Below, piece after piece: positions 53,931 through 63,112 of a stretch of 64,000 nt of DNA. Source of the stretch: Anaeromyxobacter sp. Lineage in GTDB: Bacteria; Myxococcota; Myxococcia; Myxococcales; Anaeromyxobacteraceae. The notes beneath the pieces were generated by a model. It was not told the DNA's origin and searched no databases. It saw only the letters and a program-made list of their open reading frames with translations. A program made the position numbers and the translations under genes. The stretch lies in assembly GCA_049840735.1 (NCBI GenBank), contig JASGJN010000007.1, forward strand, positions 1 through 64,000. The letters run 5' to 3'. The stretch's first letter is position 1. Each line of letters begins with the position of its first letter.

Positions 53931-54407
53931 TCAGATCGCCACCTCCACCAGCGTGGGCGAGAGCACCTTCACCAGCGCCGCCGGCGCGATCCCCACCAGG
54001 AAGCCGCGCGATCCCCCGTTCACGTAGGCGACCGGCAGCTCGAGGATGGAGCGCTCCAGGAACACCGGCAGCTCGCGCCGGGTGCCGAAGGGGCTGGTGC
54101 CGCCCACCAGGTACCCGGAGTGGCGGTTGGCCACCTCCGGCTTGCAGGGCGCGACGGAGCGCTTGCCGATGGCGCGGGCCAGCGCCTTGGTGGAGACCTC
54201 GCGGTCGCCGTGCATCAGCACCAGCAGCGGCGCGCGGTCCTCGTCCTCCATGACCAGCGTCTTCACCACCGCGTGCTCGTCCACGCCCAGCTCGCGGGCC
54301 GAGACGGCCGTGCCGCCGCGCTCCTCGTAGCGGTAGAGGTGCTCGGTGTAGGGGACGCCGCGCTCGCGCAGCAGCCGGGTGGCGTTGGTGGACGGGACCT
54401 TGCTCAT
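53931..54407 (-). CDS. ybaK: Cys-tRNA(Pro) deacylase
   Basis: VVKTLV, GYLVGGTSPFG and VNGGSRG motifs. Confidence 0.92.
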   Translation of the reverse strand: MSKVPSTNATRLLRERGVPYTEHLYRYEERGGTAVSARELGVDEHAVVKTLVMEDEDRAPLLVLMHGDREVSTKALARAIGKRSVAPCKPEVANRHSGYLVGGTSPFGTRRELPVFLERSILELPVAYVNGGSRGFLVGIAPAALVKVLSPTLVEVAI

Positions 54408-54442
54408 GACCGGCGCAGGATAGGCGGCCTCGCGCCGGCGGG

Positions 54443-55831
54443 CTACCCCGAGGCGCGCTCCACCAGCTCCAGGGCGCAGTCCAGCTCCACCGCGAAGCGG
54501 CCGCGGCGGACCGGGGCCAGCCGGACCTCGGGGCACTTCTCCTCCAGCCGCCGGCGCAGCAGGATCAGCCGCGACTCCAGGTTGTCCTTGACCGGCGGGA
54601 GCCCCAGCGCCGGGTCGAGCCGCAGCTCGCGGTTGGTGAACTCGGTCCGCCCCTCGCGCCGGTGGGCGGTCAGCACCTTCCAGAGGATCTTCCCGGGCAC
54701 GTTGCGGATCAGGTACTCGCCGTCCACGAAGACGCAGTCGTCGTTCCGGTAGTAGGTGAGGGTGCGGACCCGCCGGTCCGGGCCGTGGGCCGGCGCGGGC
54801 GGCTCCTCCGGCTCCTCGTCGGCCTGCATCCGGTCCATGCCCATGGCGATCTGGTTCGCGATGATCTGGAGGAAGGCCTCGTCCCACTCGTCGAACTTGA
54901 GCGGGTCGCGGCTCTCCACCGCCAGGACCCCCACCAGCCGGTCGCCCAGCAGGAGCGGCAGCGCCAGCTGCGCCTGGGCGTCGGGCAGGCCGGGGAGGGG
55001 GATCTCCGGGGAGAGCGCGCGCGGCTGGCCCTGCTCGGCCGCCACCTCCGCCAGGCGGCCGCGGATGGCGCGGCCGTAGCGCAGCTCCTCCGCCACCCCG
55101 GCCACCCGCACCATGCGTCGGCGCGCCGCCGCGGTGCCGATGATGCCGGCGCCCACCTCGACCTCGGCGCCCAGCCCGCCCGCGCCGTAGCCGCGGCTGG
55201 CCAGCGCGTAGAGCCGCCCGCCGGCCTCGTCCGGCACCAGCACCATGGCGTGCGAGAACCCCAGCAGCTCGTCCAGCGCCTCCAGCGCGCCGGCCAGGAG
55301 CCCGTCCAGATCCCGGGCGCGGGCGATCCGCTCGGAGACCACCTGCAGGCTGCGCAGCTCGGTGAGCGGGCCGGCCGGGAGGGCGGCGGCGGGGGAGGCG
55401 TCGAGCAGCGGATCCGGCGGGAGCAGGAACCCGTCCACCCGCTCCACCTCCAGCACCTCGTAGACGTCGGCGGAGAGCAGCCGGAAGACGCCCGCCATCC
55501 CGGTGTGCGAGGCGATGGAGTCGATGCGCGCCCGGAGCGTCTCGAACAGCGCCCCCTCGGTCTCGGCGTGGTCGTAGCGGAGCCGCAGCCGGTAGGCCTC
55601 GAAGGTGAGCGGATCGTGGAGCCAGAGCGAGGCGAGCGGGTTCTCCAGCACGTTCCGCTTGGTCTTGTTGAAGAACTGGCAGGAGAGCGCCACGCGGCGC
55701 GGGTCCACCCGGAACACCTGCGACAGGTAGGTGACGTTGGGCTCGCCCGCGGCGTCGCAGGTGGCCAGGATGGCGGGCATCACGCCCTGGAAGCAGGCCG
55801 CGTCGAGCGCCTGCAGCGTGGCGCCGCTCAC
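54443..55831 (-). CDS. PNPOx-like + GAF + winged-helix putative transcriptional regulator
   Basis: CFQGVMPAILATCDAAGEPNVTYLS...FFNKTKRN (split barrel), GIIGTAA...LALPLLLGDRLVGVL (GAF) and VFVDGE...ILWKVL...NLESRLILLRRRL (OmpR-like wHTH). Confidence 0.8.
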   Translation of the reverse strand: MSGATLQALDAACFQGVMPAILATCDAAGEPNVTYLSQVFRVDPRRVALSCQFFNKTKRNVLENPLASLWLHDPLTFEAYRLRLRYDHAETEGALFETLRARIDSIASHTGMAGVFRLLSADVYEVLEVERVDGFLLPPDPLLDASPAAALPAGPLTELRSLQVVSERIARARDLDGLLAGALEALDELLGFSHAMVLVPDEAGGRLYALASRGYGAGGLGAEVEVGAGIIGTAAARRRMVRVAGVAEELRYGRAIRGRLAEVAAEQGQPRALSPEIPLPGLPDAQAQLALPLLLGDRLVGVLAVESRDPLKFDEWDEAFLQIIANQIAMGMDRMQADEEPEEPPAPAHGPDRRVRTLTYYRNDDCVFVDGEYLIRNVPGKILWKVLTAHRREGRTEFTNRELRLDPALGLPPVKDNLESRLILLRRRLEEKCPEVRLAPVRRGRFAVELDCALELVERASG

Positions 55832-56304
55832 GGCCGATCCTCGCGCACGCGGAGCGGCTGGCCGGCGCCCGGCCCCGGCGTCTGCACGAACAGCCCCTCC
55901 ACCCGCAGCCGCGCCGCGTGGCAGGGCCAGTGGGCCATCCGGAGCGTGACGCGCGGGGGGACGCCCACCTCGCCCACCATCTGCGACCAGGCGCAGCGGA
56001 AGCGGTCCACCTCGGCGCGGTCCTCCGGCGCGGCCGGGCCGAGCGCGACCACCCGGCCCTTCACCTGGACGCTCTTGTGGTCCATGGTCCGCGAGAACGT
56101 GACCGCGACGCGGCCGTTGTCCCGCAGGTCGTCCAGCAGCCGGGTCGAGACCGCGTCGGGGAGGAAGACGGTCAGCTCGGCGCCGCCCGCCTCCACCCGC
56201 GCGCCCATGCCGCGCATGCACTCGGGAAAGAGGCGGGCGTCGCGGGTCCCGACGAGGATCGAGACCCCCGACTCGATGAAGGCAGCCAGCTCGGGCGAGA
56301 TCAT
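55828..56304 (-). CDS. Pyridoxamine 5'-phosphate oxidase-like (flavin-binding split barrel) protein
   Basis: ILVGTRD, NGRVAVTFS, SVQVKG and QTPGPGAG; GTGA overlap with the downstream gene. Confidence 0.82.
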   Translation of the reverse strand: MISPELAAFIESGVSILVGTRDARLFPECMRGMGARVEAGGAELTVFLPDAVSTRLLDDLRDNGRVAVTFSRTMDHKSVQVKGRVVALGPAAPEDRAEVDRFRCAWSQMVGEVGVPPRVTLRMAHWPCHAARLRVEGLFVQTPGPGAGQPLRVREDRP

Positions 56305-56430
56305 GGGCCCAGCCTACATAGGCCAGGTCCTGGAATCTCGCCTGGTCCCGGACGGTACTGCGGCGGGCCTGTAGCCTGAGGCCTGAAGCCCCACCGGCCT
56401 GGCCGCCCCCACGCCTGCGCCGCCCGCGGA

Positions 56431-57099
56431 TCAGAACCCGCCCGCGGCCGCGGTCTCCGCCCAGGCGGCCGGCCCCAGCGCGGCCCGGGCCGGGGCGACG
56501 ATGGTCTCGAAGACCGGCGCCGGGAGCTTGCGCGCCATCCCGGAGAGCATCCCGGCCCGCTCGGGCAGGCTGAGGGCGGGGATCATGATGGCGCTCCAGT
56601 CGGCCATGCGGGCCGGCGGGATGGAGGCCAGGATGCGCCCGTGGAGCGCGCCCAGCTCCTCGTCGCTCCGGTGCGCGTGGAAGGCGCGGGTGGCCTCGCC
56701 CTCCTCGCGATCCATGTGGCGGAGGTGCTCGGCGGTGAGGCGCGAGAGCCGCTCCTGCAGCCGGCGCCCCAGCGCCACCCGCTCGGCCTCGCCGGCCGTG
56801 GCCAGCCGGTCGAGGAGCCCGTGCAACTCGCGGTGCAGCCCGTCCACGCGGGCGTGCTCGCCCTGCAGATCGGCGTGCACCTCCGGCGCGAGGCGCTGCA
56901 GCTCGGGCATGAGGACGGCGTCCTCCTTCTCGGCGTGCTCCTCCAGGAAGGCCAGGAGCCGCGCCACCCGCGCCGCCGCCGCCGCCGCCTCGCCGGCGCG
57001 GGCGAAGTCGGTGCGGCCTGCCCAGGTGGCCGCCTCGAACAGCTGGGCGCGGATCCCCTTGTGGACGGCGGTGTACAGGTCGAAGCGCTCGGTCGTCAT
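56431..57099 (-). CDS. Hemerythrin-like domain protein
   Basis: DLYTAVHKGIR, EHAEKED, EH and HMDREE (di-iron ligand pattern); GGAGGAG RBS. Confidence 0.88.
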   Translation of the reverse strand: MTTERFDLYTAVHKGIRAQLFEAATWAGRTDFARAGEAAAAAARVARLLAFLEEHAEKEDAVLMPELQRLAPEVHADLQGEHARVDGLHRELHGLLDRLATAGEAERVALGRRLQERLSRLTAEHLRHMDREEGEATRAFHAHRSDEELGALHGRILASIPPARMADWSAIMIPALSLPERAGMLSGMARKLPAPVFETIVAPARAALGPAAWAETAAAGGF

Positions 57100-57172
57100 G
57101 TCTGCTCCTCCGGTGGCGCCGTGCGGCGCCGAACGTGTGATGGGAGGAGTCTGGCCGCGCGCGGCCCGATCC

Positions 57173-57203
57173 GTTCCTCAATGAACCCTATGCGGTTCCT
57201 AAA
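57173..57203. promoter_or_regulatory. Direct repeats upstream of the hemerythrin gene
   Basis: GTTCCTCAA (57173) and GTTCCTAAA (57195) are 22 bp apart, with a weaker copy between them, in an AT-rich patch. Confidence 0.5.
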
Positions 57204-57320
57204 AGCTGCCTAAGTGCGGGGCCTCACAGGTGAGGCCGCCCAAGGCTGGCTGCCGCGTCCCCGTCCGGGACCTCTGCCCGGGCCCGATCCGGGTCACACT
57301 CGCACCCCGGACGGTCAAAT

Positions 57321-57372
57321 CCGTTCCGCCTGAGCGTAGTGCCGCGGAGCGGCCCGGAGTCGAAGGCCAGGG
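57321..57372 (+). repeat. Palindromic repeat copy
   Basis: CCGTTCCGCCTGAGCGTAGTGCCGCGGAGCGGCCCGGAGTCGAAGGCCAGGG. Confidence 0.8.
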
Positions 57373-57394
57373 ACCGGCGAGGAGGAGAGACAGA

Positions 57395-57748
57395 ATGGAC
57401 ACGAGACGCGAGCGCCACCCGGCGCTGGCCTTCCTGCTGCGGCTGGTGGTGTCGGCGGCCGTCCTGTGGCTCGCCGTGGGCTGGGTCACCCCCGGCAACC
57501 CGGCCAACACCTTCGAGCGGGCGGTGCTGGTCTCGCTGGTGCTCTCGGTCGCCTACTACCTGACGCTGGTGCGGTTCCTCTGGTTCCTGCTCCTGCCCTG
57601 GCTCCTCTACGCGCTCATCTGGGTGAGCGTGGTGCGGATCGCCTACGGGCTGGGCTTCGGGCGGGCCCTGCTGCTCGGCCTGGCGCTCACGTTCCTGTCC
57701 TGGCTGGTCCAGCTGCTGACCGGCGTGAGGACGCTGCGCAACGACTGA
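57395..57748 (+). CDS. Small 4-TM membrane protein
   Basis: GGAGGAG RBS; almost entirely hydrophobic 117 aa. Confidence 0.8.
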   Translation: MDTRRERHPALAFLLRLVVSAAVLWLAVGWVTPGNPANTFERAVLVSLVLSVAYYLTLVRFLWFLLLPWLLYALIWVSVVRIAYGLGFGRALLLGLALTFLSWLVQLLTGVRTLRND

Positions 57749-57854
57749 CACGCCGCGGCGGAGCCGCGAGCGGGAGGGGCTCGCCGCACTGCGGCGGGCG
57801 AATGAGGGGGCGTGACCGGGGCGCCGCGCCGGGACCGGCATTACCACTGCTGGC

Positions 57855-58763
57855 GTGAAGACCGAGACGCTCGAGCTCGCCGCCCGCGACGGATACCGGC
57901 TCGCGGCCACCCTGCACGATCCCGGACAGCCGCCGGACGGCGCGGTGCTGATCGCCCCGGCCATGGGCGTGCCGCGCCGCCATTACCAGCCGTTCGCCGC
58001 CCACCTGGCGCGCTCCGGCCTGGCCGCGCTCACGGTGGACGTGCGCGGCATCGGCGGCTCGGCGCCGGAGCGGCTGCGCGGCTTCCCCGCCACGCTGCAC
58101 GGCTGGGGAGAGCAGGACCTGGGCGGCGCGCTCGATCACCTGGAGGCGCGCTACCCCGGCGTCCCGCTGCTCTGGGTCGGCCACAGCGCCGGCGGCCAGC
58201 TGCTGGGGCTGGTGGAGTCGCCGCGGGTGGCGGCCGCGCTGCTGGTGGCGGCGCAGAGCGGCCACTGGCGGCTCTGGCCGGACCTGCGCTCCCGCCTGCT
58301 GATGGCCGGCCTCTGGTGGCTGGTCATCCCGCTGCTGGTGCCGGTGCTCGGCCGCCTGCCGCTGCGCCTGCTGGGCGGCGGCGAGGACGTGCCGGCCGGC
58401 GTGGCGCTGGAGTGGGCGCGCTGGGGGCGCGATCGTCGCTACATCCTGGCCCACGCCGGGCCGCGGGGCGGGATGGGGTTCGCGCAGCACCGCGGGCCCC
58501 TGCGCAGCTACGCCGTCTCGGACGACGCCTACGCGCCGCCCGCCACGGTCGAGGCGCTGGCGGCGCTGTTCCAGGAGGCCCGGGTCGAGGTGCGCCACGT
58601 CACGCCGCAGGAGGCCGGGGTGGAGCGGATCGGCCACTTCGGCTTCTTCCGGCCGCGCTTCGAGCCCACGCTCTGGGCCGAGGCGGTGGCCTGGCTCCGC
58701 CACGCGGCGCTGACCTCCGGCGCCCCCGCCGGCCGGTCCGGCTCGCGGACCGCGCCGCGCTGA
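57855..58763 (+). CDS. Alpha/beta hydrolase
   Basis: DGYRL, DVRGIGGS, GHSAGG nucleophile elbow and IGHFGFF. Confidence 0.92.
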   Translation: MKTETLELAARDGYRLAATLHDPGQPPDGAVLIAPAMGVPRRHYQPFAAHLARSGLAALTVDVRGIGGSAPERLRGFPATLHGWGEQDLGGALDHLEARYPGVPLLWVGHSAGGQLLGLVESPRVAAALLVAAQSGHWRLWPDLRSRLLMAGLWWLVIPLLVPVLGRLPLRLLGGGEDVPAGVALEWARWGRDRRYILAHAGPRGGMGFAQHRGPLRSYAVSDDAYAPPATVEALAALFQEARVEVRHVTPQEAGVERIGHFGFFRPRFEPTLWAEAVAWLRHAALTSGAPAGRSGSRTAPR

Positions 58764-58790
58764 GGGTCGTTCACGCCCCAGGGCCGGTAT

Positions 58791-58848
58791 CCGTTCGCCC
58801 TGAGCGTAGCCGCCAGCCGCAGGCTGGCGGTGGAGTCGAAGGGCAGGG
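58791..58848 (+). repeat. Palindromic repeat copy
   Basis: CCGTTCGCCCTGAGCGTAGCCGCCAGCCGCAGGCTGGCGGTGGAGTCGAAGGGCAGGG, between convergent genes. Confidence 0.85.
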
Positions 58849-58854
58849 TCTCGC

Positions 58855-59409
58855 TCACGCCCCCGGCTGCGCGGCGTCGCCGGCCGCGGCGCGCGTCCCC
58901 TGCGGGAGGCGCCGCAGGATGGCGGCCGAGAAGGCCTCCAGATCGTCGGGCCGGCGCGAGGTGATGATGTTCTCGTCCTCCACCACCTGCCGGTCCACCC
59001 AGCGCGCCCCGGCGTTGATGAGGTCGGTCTTGAGCGAGGGCCAGGACGTCACCACGCGGCCGTCCAGCGCGTCGGCCTCCACCAGCATCCACGGTCCGTG
59101 ACACACGGCGGCCACCGGCTTGCCGGCGATGAAGGCGTTCCGCACCAGCCGGACCATGTCGATGTCGGTGCGGAGCCGGTCCGGCGAGTAGCCGCCCGGG
59201 ACCACCACCGCGTCGAAGTCCTCGCCCCGGACGTCCCGGGCGGCCAGGTCGGTGGTGAAGGCCTCCTGCTTCTTCTTGCCCTCGATCCGCTTGCCGCGCT
59301 CCAGCCCCACCAGCACCACCTCGTGGCCGGCCTCCTTCAGCCGGTCCCAGGGGACCCGGAGCTCGGAGTCCTCGAACAGGTCATCCGCGACGAATGCCAC
59401 CCGTGCCAT
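58855..59409 (-). CDS. PfpI/DJ-1 family protein (type 1 glutamine amidotransferase-like)
   Basis: FEDSEL, VPGGYSPDRLR, AVCHGPW and ITSRRPDDL motifs. Confidence 0.93.
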   Translation of the reverse strand: MARVAFVADDLFEDSELRVPWDRLKEAGHEVVLVGLERGKRIEGKKKQEAFTTDLAARDVRGEDFDAVVVPGGYSPDRLRTDIDMVRLVRNAFIAGKPVAAVCHGPWMLVEADALDGRVVTSWPSLKTDLINAGARWVDRQVVEDENIITSRRPDDLEAFSAAILRRLPQGTRAAAGDAAQPGA

Positions 59410-59791
59410 CGTGTGCGCCCTCCCGCAGCGCACACGTTCGGCACCCCGCCGCCGCGTGCCAACCGGTGCCACGCGAGAAAGCCGCGGGACTCCGGTGGGC
59501 CCTCGCCGGGCGCGCGGGCGGGGCCGGCCCCGTTCGTCCTGGCCTGGCCCCGCCTACCCCTCGCCGACGCTCCCCGGGTCCCCGCCGCTGCCGCCCGCCT
59601 CGCTGCCGTCCCCCTGGCCGCTCGACCCGCCGGCGCTGCCGGTCGGGCCGGACGCCGCCCCCGGCGTCGGTCTTCACCCTGGGGGCGGCCCCCCGCGCGT
59701 GCACGCCGCTGGGCGGGCAGGGGGGCCGGGCCCCGCCCGGCGCAGGGGAGCCTTGACCGGCAGGCGGGCGCGTGCGAGCGATGGGACGCCC

Positions 59792-60986
59792 ATGCGGACC
59801 GAGAACCTGGCGGTGATGCTCACCGACATGAAGGGCTTCACGGCCGCGACCAGCCGCCAGACGCGGGCCGAGAACGCCCGCATGCTGGCGCTGCAGGACC
59901 TGCTGCTCTTGCCGGTGGTGCGCGCCTTCGGCGGCGTCCGGGTCAAGACCATCGGCGACGCCTACCTGGTCCTGTTCTCCTCCCCCACCGCCGGCCTGCT
60001 GTGCGGGATGGCGCTGCAGGATCGGCTCTGGGACTACAACCGCCAGGCGCCCGAGCCCGAGCGGATCGAGGTCCGGGTGGTGCTGTCGCTGGGCGAGGTG
60101 CGGCTGGAGGGGCCGCCCGAACGCCCCACCGACGTCTTCGGCGAGGCCGTCAACCTGGCCTCGCGCGTCGAGGGCGAGGCGGAGGCGGGGGAGATTCTGG
60201 TTCACCGAGGCGGTGCGGCTGGTCGCCGACGGTGAGGAGGTGCCGGCCGACGAGCTGGGGCTGCGGCCGCTGAAGGGCTTCCCGGAGCCGGTCGAGCTCT
60301 TCCGCGTGGCCCGCACCGGGAGCGGCGTCGAGGAGCCGCCCTACGGCGGCCGGGCGCTGGCGCGGGTGGCCGGGCTGGCCCGGCCCGATCCCGCCCGGCT
60401 GGCGAGGTCGGTGCGGCGGCGGGAGCGGGCGCTGTACCGCGGCCTGGCCGCGCTGCGGGGCGGGAAGGCCCTGGCGGCGCTGGCGCTGGTGGGCCTCCTG
60501 GCCTTCGGCGGCTGGTTCTGGTGGGCCGGGCTGTGGAAGGACCCCGAGCGGCTGGCGGCGGAGGGGCGCTTCGAGCGGGCGCGGCAGGCCATCGAGGCGC
60601 GCGCCGCGCGGCTGGGGCCGGAGTCGCCGCGCATCCTGTACCTGCGCGCGCGGCTGGAGGCGGCCCGCGCCGACGCCGACGCGGGCGGCAAGCTGGACGA
60701 GGCCTTCAAGCTCTGGTCGCGGGCGCTGGCCAAGGGCAGCCGCGAGGCGCGCGCCGCGCTGGCCTCCGAGGCCGCCTCGGCCTCCTGCCAGCGCCGGCTG
60801 CTGGCGGCCCGGGCCCTTGTGGACGCGCACACGCAGCTGGCCCGCGAGCCGCTGGAGGCGCTGGCGCGCGCCGAGCCCGCCGAGCAGCGCAGCTCGCTCT
60901 TCGCCGCGGCCGGCAATCGCTGCGGGGCCGGCGACGTGGCGCGCGAGGGGCTGGCCGAGCTGGAGGGGGCCGGGCAGCTGCCGTGA
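59792..60986 (+). CDS. Class III adenylate cyclase with TM segment and helical C-terminal domain; frameshift at ~60195
   Basis: LTDMKGFT, VKTIGDAYL, DVFGEAVNLASR and LKGFPEPV motifs. Confidence 0.88.
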
Positions 60987-60992
60987 GGTCGC

Positions 60993-62913
60993 TCACCCCT
61001 CGGACGGCCGCCGGGCCGGCGGGCGGGGGCGTCGCTGCGAGGGGCGCCGCAGCGCCAGCGAGAGCCAGGGGGTGTGCCGGGCGGCGGCCCGGCGGGCCTG
61101 CTCCAGGCCGCCCAGCGTGGCGCCCAGCGCCTGCCGCAGCTGGCGGGGCCCGCCGTCGCTGCGGCGCCAGACCCGGTGCAGCAGCGCGTGCAGGCCGCCG
61201 GCGCCGTGCTCCGCCCCGCCCACCAGCAGCAGCGCCAGCCCGGCCAGCATCACCCGCACCACCGCCCGCAGCCGCCCCTCGGTCTCGCCGGCCACCTCGA
61301 TGGAGGCGAGCGCGGTGTGGACCGGCTCGAGCGCGCGCCGCGCCGCGGGGACGCGCCCGGCGTGCTTGCCGCCGTAGGGGAGCGCCCCGGGGACGCGCAC
61401 CAGCTGGTAGGTGGCGATGGGCTGGACCAGCCCCGGCAGCGCGCGGGCCGGGCGCTGCTCGGCCGGCGCCTCGCTCCGGTTCATGGTCAGGTGGACCACC
61501 CGCGTCAGCCACACCTCGCCCACGCGGGCGCCCGCCGCCAGCGTGCGCACCGCCGCCAGCGGCGCGCCCGCCGCGCCGGACCGCAGCAGGTGGACCTCGC
61601 CCTGGTGGACCGCGGTGAGCAGCTCCAGCCGCTCGAATCTCGGAGGCCTGGTCGGCCCCGCCCACGGCGCGGTCCTGGATGGCGGCGGCGCAGTGGACGG
61701 CGTCGGTGGGCGAGTCGAAGGCGAAGGTGGAGCCGCCGTCCTCGGCCAGGATGCGCCGGCCGCCGAACTCGGCCACCAGCGGCAGCACCAGCGCGTCGTG
61801 GGCGGCCAGGTGCCGGGCGAGGAAGGACGGGGAGGCGGCCCGCGCCCAGGCGTCCCAGCCGGCGACCTGGACCCGGACCAGCGTCAGGTTGGCCATCGCC
61901 GGCGTGTGGGCGGCCGGGATGCCGAGGAGGCTGGCGCGCGCGGCCAGCAGCGGGGGCGGCGGCGCCGCCGGGGGCAGCGGCTGGGTGAGGCGCAGCGGCA
62001 GGTCGGCCCGCTCCAGCAGCGCGATCAGCTCGCGCGCGGAGCCCGGCCGGCGGGCCCGGTCCTTCTCGGTGGCGCGGGCCACCACCTCCAGCAGGCGCGG
62101 GTAGGCGGCCAGCGCCGGCACCAGCGCCGCCGGGCTGGGCACCGGCCGGTAGGCGTGGGCCGCCAGGAGCCCGCGCATGTCGCGCGTGTCGAAGGGGTGC
62201 TGCCCGGTGAGCAGCACGTAGGTGAGGATGCCGGCGCTGTAGAGATCGGCGCGGTGGTCCACCTCGCCGCCCACGGCCTGCTCCGGCGCCAGGTACTCGG
62301 GCGTGCCCACCACCAGGCCCGCCTGCGTGGCGGCCACGTCGGCCGGGCCGGTCCACTTGGCGATGCCGAAGTCGAGCAGCCGCAGCCGCTCCCCGTTCCC
62401 GGCGCCGGACAGCCAGAGGTTCTCCGGCTTCAGGTCGCGGTGGACGATGCCGGCGGCGTGGGCCGCCTCCAGGCCGGAGAGGAGCTGGCGCAGCAGGCGC
62501 ACCACCCGGTCCGGCGCCAGGCGCCCCTCGCGCGCCAGCACCTCCCGCAGCGGCTCGCCCTCCAGCAGCTCCATCACCAGGAAGAGCCGGCCCTCCGCGT
62601 CCTCGCCGAAGTCGAGGATCTCCACCACGTGCGGCGAGCGGAGCCGGACCGCGACCTTGGCCTCGCGCCGGAACCGCTCGCGCTCGCCCGGGCTGGCGCA
62701 GTGCTCGGGGTGGAGCACCTTCACGGCCACCCGCCGGCCGATGGCCTCGTGCTCGGCCCGGTACACCGAGCCCATGCCGCCGGTCCCGATCAGCGCGTGG
62801 ACGCGGTAGCGGCCGTCCAGCAGCGCGCCGGGGGCGAGCTGCGACGAGGGCGCCCCCGGACCGCCGTCCGGCGACGGGCCCGTGGTGCCGATCCTGACCG
62901 TGCCTCCACCCAT
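60993..62913 (-). CDS. Ser/Thr protein kinase fused to a degenerate class III cyclase domain; frameshift at ~61637
   Basis: GTGGMG, VAVK, HRDLKPEN, DFG and GTPEYLAPE, followed by a cyclase-like stretch FDSPTDAVHCA...HQGEV...GEVWLT...PYGG. Confidence 0.88.
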
Positions 62914-63112
62914 GCGCCGGGCGAGTGTACGCCGAGCCGCTCGCGGGGTGAACGCCCGTGCGGCATCCGGGGCAGGCGTGCCGGGCCCACGTCTCTCCAC
63001 CTGGTCCCGCGGCGGCCTGCCGCCCGCGCCCAGGAACGCCCAGCTTGGCCAGGGGTGGGACACGACCCAGCTTGGAAGACGGCATTCCAGCCGAACGTCG
63101 GAGGGGGGAGAC

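Noticed and set aside
54443..57181. Single 912-aa ORF suggesting a hemerythrin-regulator fusion
   Set aside because: The hemerythrin and PNPOx genes are in other frames with their own starts and stops. Only 54443..55831 of this frame is protein-like.
57395..57748. Phage holin indicating a prophage
   Set aside because: It is a generic 4-TM protein with no phage genes or integrase nearby.
30262..58848. Hammerhead ribozyme interpretation of the CTGAG...CGAA repeat
   Set aside because: It lacks the full CUGANGA and GAAA core and a third stem with a cleavage triplet.
59500..59710. Possible Gly/Ser-rich small ORF on the minus strand upstream of PfpI
   Set aside because: No clear start or RBS in a consistent frame, and low complexity; cannot be supported.
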